DNA of 63,536 nt, filler included, from Octopus bimaculoides (Eukaryota), in the NCBI RefSeq assembly GCF_001194135.2. It is 5 parts of 5 records of this genome, joined end to end, with 100 filler letters (N's around TTAATTAATTAA, not from the genome) between each part and the next. Parts side by side here need not be neighbours in the genome. Positions count along the whole stretch, not along the records: positions 1 to 15,027 come from NC_068988.1; 4 more parts are not named here. The stretch is one strand, 5' to 3'. The stretch's first letter is position 1. Each line of letters starts with the position of its first letter. Shown here piece after piece: positions 1-13,199 of the stretch. A model generated the notes under the pieces. It had not been told where the DNA came from and made no database searches. It saw nothing but the letters and a program-made list of their open reading frames with translations. The position numbers and the translations under genes are program-made.

Positions 1-85
1 TAATACTTCATTTAGAGAATTAACATTGCTTGTTTTCACCTTTTCAATATCAGTGAAGAATGTCACTGGAAAAGAAGATATAAGA

Positions 86-315
86 TTTGCCAGGTTTTTC
101 TCTCTCACCAAGGTCATCAGCTGTCGAACGCCGACGAAGGGAAATAACCCTGAAATCCGGATACGTTCGTGCTGCTGGTCGTGGTGAGAGGGATAACTCC
201 CTTGGCAAACAGGACACAGTCGTGTGTCGATAAGCCAGCTGGAGGAGATGTCCTCCTGGGGCTAAAAGCAACAGTAACATCCACCCCTAGGGGTCAGCCA
301 CACTTAAGTGGCAAT
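86..315 (+). mobile_element. GC-richer structured island carrying a hammerhead; candidate PLE pseudo-LTR / retrozyme-like element
   Basis: Long-range pairings visible by eye: TTTGCCA(86-92)/TGGCAAA(203-209), CTCTCACCA(102-110)/TGGTGAGAG(182-190), CAGC/GCTG just outside hammerhead stem I, hairpin GACAC(213-217)/GTGTC(224-228), GGAGG/CCTCC, CCCCTAGGGG. Element identity is inference. Confidence 0.45.
125..169 (+). ncRNA. Minimal type I hammerhead ribozyme motif (U4C core variant)
   Basis: CGAACG-CCGACGA-AGGG aaataa CCCT-GAAA-TCCGGA-TA-CGTTCG: 6-bp stem I, 4-bp stem II, palindromic stem III, AUA cleavage triplet at 161-163. Core is CCGACGA rather than CUGANGA. Confidence 0.7.
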
Positions 316-322
316 ATACTAC

Positions 323-353
<31 letters not shown>

Positions 354-1415
354 GGGTGGGTGTGTATGTGTGTGTATATGTATGTATATATCTACCTTTA
401 TCTTTTAGGAAGCTAAAAGCAACGGCCTGTCATAGAATGGCCATTGGTTTCGCACCTATCACGCGCTTAATAGTATAGGAGACTCAATGAGCAGCCATAT
501 CTTTTAACTTCCTAAAAATATATATTGCTGCTCTAATACTTTATTATGTGCTTCCTTTCCGGGTATATAAAGTACTGATGATTTGTGTGTGTGTGAGTGT
601 GTGTATGTGCGTGTGCATATGTGTGTGTATGTATGTGTTAGTTGTTAGTGTATGTGCGTGTGTATTGTTGCTATTATGCAAAAGTGTTGTAAATCCAAAG
701 TGTTCCTTTTTCAGAAAACGAAAAAATAGTTTCACAATTCCATAGCAAACCCGTTGTACTCCACTTTAACAATTTTTCACATCCTGGCATTTGAAGCAGG
801 TGGTGATACGACAGTGTGACGAAGCAAACATAAATATTGAAGCAAATGTTTTTGGCCAAATTTGGACATACGACAGTTTAAGTTAATATCTACGCTATAT
901 ATGTATGTATGTATATATATATATATATGTTTGGAACTACCGTATCTCCAGTTGCTTCAGATGCCAAGATGACAAAAATTGTTAAAGTGTTTGTGTATGT
1001 ATATATATATATATATGTTTGGAACTACCGTATCTCCAGTTGCTTCAGATGCCAANNNNNNNNNNNNNNNNNNNNNNNNNNNNNNNNNNNNNNNNNNNNN
1101 NNNNNNNNNNNNNNNNNNNNNNNNNNNNNNNNNNNNNNNNNNNNNNNNNNNNNNNNNNNNNNNNNNNNNNNNNNNNNNNNNNNNNNNNNNNNNNNNNNNN
1201 NNNNNNNNNNNNNNNNNNNNNNNNNNNNNNNNNNNNNNNNNNNNNNNNNNNNNNNNNNNNNNNNNNNNNNNNNNNNNNNNNNNNNNNNNNNNNNNNNNNN
1301 NNNNNNNNNNNNNNNNNNNNNNNNNNNNNNNNNNNNNNNNNNNNNNNNNNNNNNNNNNNNNNNNNNNNNNNNNNNNNNNNNNNNNNNNNNNNNNNNTGTG
1401 TGTGTGTGTGTGTGT

Positions 1416-1449
<34 letters not shown>

Positions 1450-2769
1450 CTGTGTGTGTGTGTGTGTGTTTGTGTGTGTGTATGTGCCTGTGTGTGTGTG
1501 TGTGTGTGCATATATGCATTTATATATACATATACCGATATTTATAAAACACGCTTTACATATTTGAAACAGCATTAAATTAAAATTTCCATCTATGTAT
1601 CTTCTATACATCATCTACTTAATCCATGCTATAGTTTTTGTGGGCGGAAAGAACTTCGCCATATACACGAAATGTTAAAAATATCTTGCAGAAGTGATTC
1701 ACGTGGAAGTTAGACATATCTTAGATTATTTGAGCCTTGCCAATGATGAGCCCTCGCTAGTCACATTATTTTATTTGCGCAAAAGCCATACATTAGGATA
1801 TTTGATGGTGTATATTCGCTAAGCATAACACATAAATGGCCATTTTGCTTAAAAGCTTTTCAATCACGTACACCAAGCTTTTATTCAGTTAGGCAGAAAT
1901 GCTGCAGCATCAATGTTTTTAAAGGGGCGTAATTCCATTTAGACATGCGTCTGCTGAGTTAATCTCATTGACATCGTCCATGTAGGTTAAAGCGTGTCTT
2001 ACGTGTTTGTAAATCAGTGTTGGATCGATGTCTGTCTCAATCAGTTATTTTATACACGACATAACATATACACGACATATTTTATACACGACATAACAAA
2101 GATGAGGTTTTCTCCCAAGAAAAATCGACATCATGCAACTTACCAGTGCACATAAATTATGATACGTAGATGACTCTTATAAATATATATATATAATATG
2201 TATGTATTTATATGTGTTTCTGTGCGCGTGTGTGTATGTCTAAGTGTGAGAGTGTGTGTATGTGTGCGAGAGTAAACCTTCAGAATACCTTAAAATCAAA
2301 ATAGAAATCTTCGGGTGAGTGCTCATAATATCCAATAGCTTTCTCTCCTTACTAGTTTGAGCAATTTTTATAAAGGAAGGTGCCTTTAATAGCAGGGCTA
2401 AATATTTCCGGTTTCGTAACAGACCTAGAAATCTTATGAAGAATTCATTTATCTATTGCAGTTGATTATTTGTTCCTATATTCTAAACAAATGAAATACA
2501 AAAAAATTTCGAATTCCACATATGGCCGGCAGATATAAAATTTTTACTGCTTTGTGGGTACTGATAAAGTTAAAGAAAATTCTTCTTTTGCAGTTTATAT
2601 TTACATCAACCTCTTTTTCATCCCCATTATTGAATATTTTGGTTTTACGTTGTTCAATCATTTTACACGATATCTGAAATATAGGGCAACCAAAAATGCG
2701 AGAATGGAAAGAGACTGAAGGTTAATTGAAATATAAATTGCAGATGCAACATGAGCGGAAAAAAAAACT

Positions 2770-3035
2770 ATATCACATTTACTACATCTCATGTCCAGAC
2801 TGCAATGCAGATTATATTATTCAAATGGTGCAAAGATGAATGTATCTCATTAGGGCAAATAAGCAACGAATCAGTGAAACAGCACTTGAAGATGTTCCCT
2901 GCAGTAAACGACTTCAAATTTAATAAAATAGAGAAGTTTAAATGTTTTCTTTTAACAAAATTTAGGTTCAAAATGATCAACTAAGAAAGGCAAAAAAAGA
3001 AAATTCGATAATAATTCTAGTCCGAAAGTAAACGG
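2770..3035 (+). mobile_element. Decayed GIY-YIG endonuclease fragment of a Penelope-like element
   Basis: Manual translation with stops: IYYISCPDCNADYIIQ...VPCSKRLQI...NDQLRKAKKEN. This resembles the PLE endonuclease pattern IYxIxCxxCxxxYIGQT...PxSEH...LRxAKE. Confidence 0.5.
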
Positions 3036-4146
3036 AAAACATTGAAATTACTCTATAAAAATTACTCAATAAAAAGTGTGACTAGAAAGCTGTAAATAGC
3101 GAAAGTTGGTTAAGGTTTCGAAAACTCACTTCCAAATTATTTTGCGTCATTGTTTTCTAAAGATATTTTATGCAATTAATAATTTCTAATTTAAGAAAAT
3201 AATTCGTCAGATAGTATGAATGGATCAATAATGCTAATATTTATATATATATGTATATATATANNNNNNNNNNNNNNNNNNNNNNNNNNNNNNNNNNNNN
3301 NNNNNNNNNNNNNNNNNNNNNNNNNNNNNNNNNNNNNNNNNNNNNNNNNNNNNNNNNNNNNNNNNNNNNNNNNNNNNNNNNNNNNNNNNNNNNNNNNNNN
3401 NNNNNNNNNNNNNNNNNNNNNNNNNNNNNNNNNNNNNNNNNNNATATATACGTATATGTATGTATGTATGTATCAGACGGACCGATAGACTGTATGATCA
3501 ATTCACTCATTAAAGGAATAACTAATTTGTATTTGGAACTTACGATCGATTGAACTCCATGTTTTTTAGCATTATTTTATACAATAGATTATTTTCACTT
3601 ATTATTCATTGCAGTAATTAAATTAATATGCTTCGCATAAGAGTCTTTATTTTTAAATCTATTCATTTCTATATAATATGTATTGTTTCCATAACTTCTT
3701 CGAGTGTGTTTAAACAATTCAGTGTATTCTTTTACGAATTTTGAAACTGACTTCAAATATTGATTATTCATTTGGATGAATAATAATATCTCAATATTGA
3801 TGATATTGTCTTCGATTGCGCCATTGTTTTAATTATCTTTCTCAAACGAACCAATGAGTAAGCATCTACACAATCTTTTGACCTGCCCTAAATTGACACG
3901 GCTACAACTACTGCAGCATTAATTACTAAAATATCATACTACTAAAATATACAACACTAATTAGTAATGAACAGACGCACGTCCCTCAAATCAATCGAAG
4001 CAAATTTGAAATAAACAAATGAATCGTTAGTTTTGGTACGCTTCTGAACATGTGTCTACTGGAATGAGAATAATTAAGATCTAAATAACAATATCGAAGG
4101 CAAGGCAAAATTTCTTGTTAATATCTTACAGGGATATGATTTTAGA

Positions 4147-4215
4147 TGCAGGCATGGATGCGTGGTTAAGAAACTTGCATTTCAACCACAGTTTCTATAA
4201 CCCTGGGCCATTTGA
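4147..4215 (+). mobile_element. Degenerate head of SINE group B
   Basis: GCAGGCATGGATGCGTGGTTAAGAAACTTGCATTTCAACCACA matches group B heads at 45879, 49810 and 59217. Confidence 0.5.
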
Positions 4216-4527
4216 GAGAATTTAGGAGACAGAGACTGTTCGAATGTATATACGCATACACAGACACACACGAACACACGCACACACAAACAAACACACA
4301 TACACACACGCTCATAAATATATATCAGATTTTGGATTGTTTATATCAAGCAAGCTCCAAAATCTGGTTTAGAGGCGTATTTAATCTTCGCTCAATCTGT
4401 CTTTGTCTTTGTCTCTCGGTCAGTGTGTCTGATTGTCTGCTTGCCTGCATCTCTCTCCCCCTCCCTGCATTAAACTAACAACATATCTACCTATTTTCAC
4501 ACCACTCGCTGCATTAACGAAAACTGC

Positions 4528-4589
<62 letters not shown>

Positions 4590-5638
4590 TGTATTGCATG
4601 CATGTATGTACGTAACACATCCTCTTATTCTTTCATTCGTAGTCTGACACTTTCATATTTATACTACTGTCATTTAGTTATGAATGCAGGAATAAAAATC
4701 TTTGTGTGCCACTGCCGACGAATCATTCTTTCAAACTCCAGTGGAAAGACATGCGCTTTCGTATCACTTTCTAAAACGAACATTGTCATATATATATTCT
4801 ACCATTAAATCATATTTTCTTAATAAATTTACATTCACCTTGTAGCTATTTTTCATAAATATACATAATAAAAACTAAATAGTACCTAATCAGAAATCTC
4901 GGAATATGACTATGAGAATGAATTTCTCTTCCGATTGATATTTGTGTTGGAAAGTCAATCTATACTCCACGTTTTGCCTATGTTCAAAGAGAATTGACGT
5001 CACTGACAACATGCAAAAAAAAATAGCATTTAATAAATATAGTATTTATGATGTGTGCTATCTTACAGTAGCTGAATGTTAATGCCTTGACAACGACATT
5101 AGAAGATCTTGATAGTTGGAGCATCGACAGAAAAAAAGAAAATTAAACAGTGTTTGCCTTGCAAGCATATGATCAGAGATTTTGTGTATGGAATACCTAT
5201 AGGATGCAATCACATATTTATTGACCGAGTTTTTAATATCTTCATAAATATACTAATTGATACAGTTGCAGATACAAATAGAATTGGAGATAGGGCAATG
5301 AAGCATTAAATGATTGATTTTATATATTCTAATATTGTAGAACACATAATCGCATATTTCAAGTAAATGATGTTTTTAGTATAATATTCTATATCATTCT
5401 CCGATCAAAGTAGAATGCGCGTTAAAACCTTTAGATTCTGACACTCGGCTTCATAGAACTCTTCCATATTTCCTCTGCTTTAGTCCTACATATATTACCG
5501 GCAGTAATTTGTAAGAAATTTCAATAACCTCAGTATACTTGATCTTCCTTTATAATTATTCAGTCTGAATGTATCTATTTTCAGTTACCTAAAGTTTCAG
5601 TGACCTGAAGGTATTTCAGGCTTATGTGTGAATATATG

Positions 5639-5691
<53 letters not shown>

Positions 5692-8199
5692 NNNNNNNNN
5701 NNNNNNNNNNNNNNNNNNNNNNNNNNNNNNNNNNNNNNNNNNNNNNNNNNNNNNNNNNNNNNNNNNNNNNNNNNNNNNNNNNNNNNNNNNNNNNNNNNNN
5801 NNNNNNNNNNNNNNNNNNNNNNNNNNNNNNNNNNNNNNNNNNNNNNNNNNNNNNNNNNNNNNNNNNNNNNNNNNNNNNNNNNNNNNNNNNNNNNNNNNNN
5901 NNNNNNNNNNNNNNNNNNNNNNNNNNNNNNNNNNNNNNNNTATATATATATATATATATATATATGGATATATGTCTGTCTGTTTGTGCGTGTGCTCGCC
6001 TGTGTTTTGTAAGTATACATGTATGCATATATATTAAGATACATATGTACATATAGATATCACACACGTGCCGTATGCAAGAACGCACACACACACACAC
6101 ACACATGCACACGCACACACACATATGAACAGGAGAAGTGAGAGAGATATGCTTCATCATAGTTTCTCTATTGAGCTTCCTGTTGTTGACAAGTCTTTTT
6201 ATTCTAATAGCTTCAATCTTCGAATCGCTGTTCTCTGGTGCTCTGCTACAATCCTTTTCTTTGCATCCGACCAACAATATTCACTCTTTAAGATTTCCAG
6301 AAATGACATCTTTGGAATATATAGGTTCTCTCTTATTCAGTGTCTGCGAACGCTTTCTCTACTGAGGTGCTCGCAAGCTTTGTTTAAGGCAAAAAGATGT
6401 AGAAACTTAACTTGACTCTGCTGCAAACATTTAAATAAAGCAACTACTTCTTGTATTTAGCTTGAGAGAAAATTATGTCACTTCTACCCATCCATAACTC
6501 GAATAAATACTGCTTGCTTTATACTAGAAGGTATGTTACCAGGGTGTAGAATTTATGAATTCTTTACATGTCTTTATGGTTTCTACTCTTATGCGTAAAT
6601 ATTTAAATAAGCAAGAGGAATATATTCCAGTTAGTTTTAGAAAGTACTCTTAAATATGAGAGTAGTAAGTACAGCTGCCACCATCCCGTTGACAAGGCTT
6701 AAATTTATTTGATAAATAGCGTGAGCCGGTTAAAAAAATATGTTGTAATTTTATAGATTTACACGTTACCTAATGTTTAAATTTTTAAACGGCTTTATGG
6801 GCTTTAGACTAACACTTTATTTGAGAAACCATTTATCGATGACACCAATTTTGTGTAAATATGGCGAAGAAGAAATAATTCAGAATCCTCTGCGAATTTA
6901 GAAATTTGTCATTTATAACATTGTGAGAATTAAAATAAAATCTTTAAAAGCATTTTAAAAAATTGTTTTATGTATGGATCGTTTTGAAATTTCCTAGTTT
7001 AAAACGTATTGTTGAAAGAATTTGAATGTTGATGGCTTTTAGTATCTCCAAGAGAATGGAAAGATGCAGAAAGAGGATAAAGGAATTTTAAATTATCGGA
7101 TGATGGTAAATGTGAAATAAATTCTAAAATGGAACGTAAAACTGCATTAGTCTTATTGTGCAGTAATTTTCCATATGGTAATGCCATGTAATATATTCAT
7201 TAAGACGATTGATATTTTGAAACACATAGTTGCTTGCTTTTAGTGGTTTCAATAATTTTAATTGAAGAAAAGATATTGCAAATGTTTTTCCTTCTCTGAT
7301 TGGAATATATTAAATTATAAGAACAAATGCTTTAGTGTCAGATTTTTACATTTTATTAATTAATAATAAATTCAGATATTCTTGTCTGGTCCTGTTATAT
7401 GTCAGCCACGCGTTTTATTTTAATTATTTTTCGTATTTGAAGTGAGAGCTAAAGTGAAGGTACTCTAATGCATTAGAGATAAACATTATATTTCTAAGAG
7501 TTACAGAGGTAAACACAATATATATGCAGACTTTGTTAAATACCAATTCAAAACCCAGAAACTGTTTAATTTTCAGCTCTAAAGTATTTTGTAATAGACG
7601 AATATGTTTTGATGTTAATCGATACCATAAATTCAGTTTGAGATCGGTTTATTGGAAATCGGAGACAGGACATTGCCTCTGTCAAACAATTGAGTAATGC
7701 TGTGTAAGAAATCATTCAGTCGATAATTAGGTACAAAAGATTTTAAGGGATTTATTTATTAAATTATATGACATGCAACATCCTTACTATCTTCAGAAAT
7801 CTCAAAATATTCAGATATATATATCTATCCTTTTAGAAAATATATTGATCTCATTATCGTTACCATTCTACTGATAGGTTTTGTTACTGTCCGTGTTGGT
7901 GTTTTTGGAAGTGTTGTGGATGTTAGGGTTGATGATCTCCCACTACAAACGATAATTTTATCCATCTTTATATCTATCAGAGATAAACCGTGATTAATTC
8001 TGTAAGTTTTCGAAATATTCAATAACACAATGAATCTAGCGGAATCAAATCAATTTTTGCTTTACTCCCACAAACTTATCATTCTATGCCAATGAAAATA
8101 ACGCAATTGTTTTTGCTGTTGATGTTTCTTGTGATAGAGGTCGCCGCCCATTGCGCTAAAATTAATACAATATTTACTCATATCTTCCTATATTCTCAC

Positions 8200-8254
8200 T
8201 TCAAATTCTTTATATGCCATACTGTTACGATATCACACTAAGCGCAGATCGACC

Positions 8255-8294
<40 letters not shown>

Positions 8295-8421
8295 GTGTGT
8301 GTATGTGTGCGTGTGTGTGTGTATGTGTGTGTGTGTGTGTGTGTGTCTGTGTCTGTGTGTGTGTGTGTAGCTGATTTGCGCTTGGTGTGATCGTAACAGT
8401 ATGGCATACAAAGAATTTGAA
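8200..8421. repeat. ~50-bp inverted repeat enclosing a (TA)n/(TG)n tract (MITE-like hairpin)
   Basis: Arm 8200-8250 TTCAAATTCTTTATATGCCATACTGTTACGATATCACACTAAGCGCAGATC equals the reverse complement of 8373-8421 except for 3 substitutions and a 2-nt indel. Confidence 0.85.
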
Positions 8422-10223
8422 TATTCAACTATTATTCATAGATGTACAAGAACCTGGTAGGCCAACATATTGCTAAAATATATTAGATCACTAATATATA
8501 TGAGAAAAACATTTAATTATTAATAACAAATTTCATTCTCTAATTTCTAAATCCTCTACATTATTTAGACTCAATTGATATTAAGAACTGTCTTTATATT
8601 TACGTAGTGAGACACTTGTGATTTATTAATCCGGAAACATGGACAAGATATAGAAAAAAACACTGCCTGCTATTGTTCCGTGGCTGCATTACTAGTTCCG
8701 GATTAACTATAAACGCTCTCCGATTCCGTTTCCCTCACTGGTTAAACCCAGTTATTTGAAGAGCGATGAAACTGTACATATTTTCCAATGTCCAATTATT
8801 ATCACCATGTATAATTTTATTTGCTACTTTATACTTCTGAGCAAGCGTTTCTAGCATATGTTTATTTTCTCCTGTCGTAATTAAGTACGAACTGTGCCTA
8901 CATTTCCTCCGTTTCGTTATACTTTGGTGTATCAAGATGATTGAAGTAAAATGAACAATGTTTAAGAGTTTAGTTTCTATGAATATTCATTTGAAACATA
9001 ATTTGAATTATGACGCCAGCATTTCTTTGTGCATTCACAGAGCTATATCTTCTAATAATCGCAAACCAAGCTGAATTCTATAATTATCTGACATGGTAAA
9101 TGAAATTTAGAAGGAATTTGCATCTGTGTGTAGTAACGTAAAATCACTGAATCTCGAAATATTAGATATTCAATATAGCACAGTTCTTTCAAATTGCTCT
9201 GGTTTTTCATGTCTAAAAACGCTTCCAAGAATCAGTAGAGTAATATGTAAATAGTTTTCAGATATTATGAAAAAAAAAAGTATTTCGAATGTTCAGCTAT
9301 AATGGTGCTTGATATGGATTCACTGACTTACTCCTAGCAACAACGGACAAACAGTAGTAATATATGGAGAAAGAAATGTTATAGTAGAAAATATCAATTT
9401 ATTGTGAAAACATTTTAATGCAATAGTTAAATTGTATTAGGCATTCAGTCTACGATTTAGTATTTTGCAAACCTCGTTCTGTTACCCATACTCTCATCTT
9501 GTGTCTATATATGCTTCTACAGTATTACGCAGCTGCACAATGTTCTTGCAGTGCTCATGCTTTTATTGAAATTGATGGTGTTAGAGTTAGTACCGTAGAT
9601 TTTGTTAATAAATCAAAGAATTTTCAATAGAAAAGTTTGGTCTTTCTTCAAAACTTCTAAACTAACGCAATGTCACTGACATTTTACTGAGTGCAGTCAT
9701 TACACTGAAAACTTTATATTATAATTAAAGACACATTTCCACACACTCGAGAGTTCCAAATTTTCCTCAAAATAATGACTTCCTTTTTCCGTTTTGCCTG
9801 CAAATGTTAATGTGTTTCATTTAACCAATGAATATATACAGAATCTGTTATAGAAACTTTTCCACTATATATTACTTTGTCTCTTCACTGTCAACATTTC
9901 AAGATAATAACCAGGTACAGGTTATTTATTATTTAATCTCACCAATTAGCGTTATTCATTACATATTAAATTCATATAGTCATAAAATGATCGGCAGGTG
10001 TAATAAACCATAATTGATTAATGTTTGCAACGAAAGACAAGGTGTTGAATAAAAATATTGAAACATTGCCGAATAATTCAAAATTCTTTTGTCATATATG
10101 TCAGTCATATCTGATTAAGAATATTTTATAATTTTGAAACTAACAATCATCTCACATATGAAATGCCGACTCCACTTCAAACTGAAGACAATTTCGATAT
10201 AACACATTATATTTTACAAGTAT

Positions 10224-10417
10224 GGAGGGCGGTGAGCTAGCAGAATGGTTAGAATGCGGCTTGTCTTCAGACTTAACGTTCAGCGTTCAGATACCACTGA
10301 GGTCGACTTCACCTTTCATCATTTCGCAGTCGGTAAAATAAATAGCTGTTGATCTCATTGCCTTACTCCCTCCCATGAAATTACATGTCATCTACTTATG
10401 TATGGCAAAAACGATTT
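10224..10417 (+). mobile_element. SINE group A with 14-bp target site duplication
   Basis: GGCGGTGAGCTAGCAGAA head and GTCGACTTCACCTTTCATC core. TATTTTACAAGTAT occurs at 10210-10223 and 10418-10431. Confidence 0.8.
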
Positions 10418-13137
10418 TATTTTACAAGTATTGTAAGATTTGAACATATAATGCATCCTCATATTTATCAGCAGCAGAAACAATATCTACAAAACTGAGC
10501 ATTGCCTTACGAGTTATAGATCTCATTGGGCTGGTTACCCGATTTCCTTTGTATATGAGTAACCGAAATTAAAACATTTCCCCTGAACGTATTGCCAGTC
10601 TGCGTAGAGCTGTTTATTTCCAGCTGAGAAGTCAGGAACAACGTCGAATGAAGTATATTGCCCATGCAAATACGAACCAGCTGTTACAGGAACAAGCTGT
10701 TACAGGAACAAGCTGGGACAGAAACTGGGACAGAAACTGGGACAATGATGTATGAGTGCAACGCCCTATCCACTTGTCCATGCATTGTCACTGCAAATGG
10801 AAGCGAAAGGAAACTTAAACTTGTGTTAGTTTTGCAAAATTAACTTTGACGCATACAGTTGTTTATACAGAGAATACCCACGTGCAACACCATAAATGTG
10901 TTTACATTAACGGCTGCAAAAATGCATTACAGAATAAGTAAATATGCCGATGTATGTACAGTGGATATTAATAAATGAAACAAAAATAGAATACTTTAAC
11001 TTATATTTCACATGGCTTTTTGCAGGATTGATTCAATTATCCTTATGAGCGTAATTCTCGAAGCGTTATCCAATAAAATGATATTTAAATTATTTAAGTG
11101 TTTCTAAGATTGCTGCCTTTTATTGCAACATTCATTCATACAAATACGAGAAAATAATGGCCGATGTTTGACAGTTACGTCAAGATAATTGTTGATTCAG
11201 AAGGATATTTCATAATATATTGCAATTATTATTATTTCATACTCTAGTAATTCAAAATAATTAACGAGATTTCGATATTTCATTTAATAAGGAAACATTT
11301 GTGAACTATGTTCGATGATATTATTTTTATCTGATATTCTCTTCAATATTTAATATCAGAGACTAGTTTTCGTGTGATAGGCGTGAATACCGTATGTACA
11401 ATATTATTTTCAGCCAAAATCTAGCATATATTACGAAGCCAAGCTATTCGAATATGGAAATCAATTTTACTCGAATTTCGAAGTTCAAAACACAGGCCAG
11501 GGAATCGAATTTCTATATGCATATACAGTTTAAATTCGACACCATATCATTTAACTAACAAATATAAAATATATAAAGTATATATAATATAAATATTAGA
11601 CAAAAAATATGAAATGTCGTTTATGAGATGGTTGTTTTTGGTTTATATCTTATAAGCTGAAAATCTCAGATTAAAATTACTATAACATTATGTGACATTT
11701 AGAGAATATTTTTGAAGATTGAATTAAAACTATGCAAAAGTTGTTCATTTTTAAACTACTTAACTTTTCGAAAGGTCAAAATTTTATGGTACGAATTCGA
11801 AGAGTCAATATTGATTTGATTTTGGTATGGATGAAATTATGATAAAAAGATAATACAACCGATTATTTATATAATGTCGAATTATAATAAAGTTTCATTT
11901 TACATTATGTAAATGTAAAGAAGATAAAAATGTGTAATTTATAACAGGCGGCGTTGTATTCATTTTCCTTTGTTCAAATTGAAACATAAGTGTGTTGATT
12001 TAAGATATAGCTCATAACTGCCCACATGTGCAATGTGCATATTGTAAAGCGGAAGGTCATGTGCAAAGTTTAAATGATTAAATCAATTAATACAATAACT
12101 TCATTTAAATTCTAAGCGAAACATATGCGCACACAAAGCGCGTCCAATCACGCATGCATACATGTCCATCTCCCTCCCTCCTTTTTCTCTGTCTCTTACT
12201 CTATATATGCATACACATGCAAACATACGTCCACACACACGTATAGAAACATGTATACGAACACATAGGCAAATACACAATGCACACATGCAAACACAAA
12301 TACATATTCATAAACACATACACATGCAAACACAAACACACTCACCCATGTGATGTGTATTAGGTATTCTGGTATTCACTCTTTTCACTATGCGTGCCAA
12401 CTGTGATATATTGACGGGAATATGGAAATTACTGAGGCATAATTTTATTTTTTATACTTTTCGCCCCATGTAGATTTCAATCCAAATGAAATCGGGATAA
12501 AAATTACACATTAATACCATTTTCGTAATGCTGTTTGTCTGTCTACAAGCTAAATGATGGATCTTGTCGTGAATTCAGTTTGTAAAGAGAGGACATGCAT
12601 GTCTCGAGATCTAAATGCAACGGGTACACGATTTCAGTTCGCACAAATAATTTCACTTGTATTCTTTTCTTTATGTATATTGATAGATATTTATATTAAC
12701 TTAATAATTACTGATTGACCAGTTTGTACTATTATGACTCAGGTTATGTTGGAATATCTCGCGTTTAGAAGATATATGTCTGGATATAATATTTTTGTAA
12801 AATTGGTTAGTAATTACTTCCTTGTTCCGATTGTTATCTGTTAATTTCGTGTCACCAATTGTTATGACTATACATTTTTTTTACACTATTTCAGTGTAAT
12901 AACAATAAAATATATAACGAAGCAGTGTAACAGCAACATAACAATCCAACAAAGTATCCACGAGTTGTACACGGGCCAAGAGACGATATTCTGACAAACT
13001 ACCAAAACGACACCTTACGGCCTCCTGTGATTAACGCCTACTCTCTCCTATCTCCCTCAGACCGTTACTATTTATGGTTGTTTGGTCAGTCTATTCTAGT
13101 AGGGTGGCGTGACTCTCACCACGACAGCTCTATCTAT

Positions 13138-13199
<62 letters not shown>

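Noticed and set aside
1900-2045. Minus-strand reading ...LTYMDDVNEINSADACLNGITPL with YxDD/ankyrin-like words
   Set aside because: Short, stop-bounded and no other RT or ankyrin motifs; probably chance.
8092-8241. MKITQLFLLLMFLVIEVAAHCA... signal-peptide-like 49-aa ORF
   Set aside because: Short ORF in T-rich DNA whose end overlaps the inverted-repeat arm; no supporting donor or homology.
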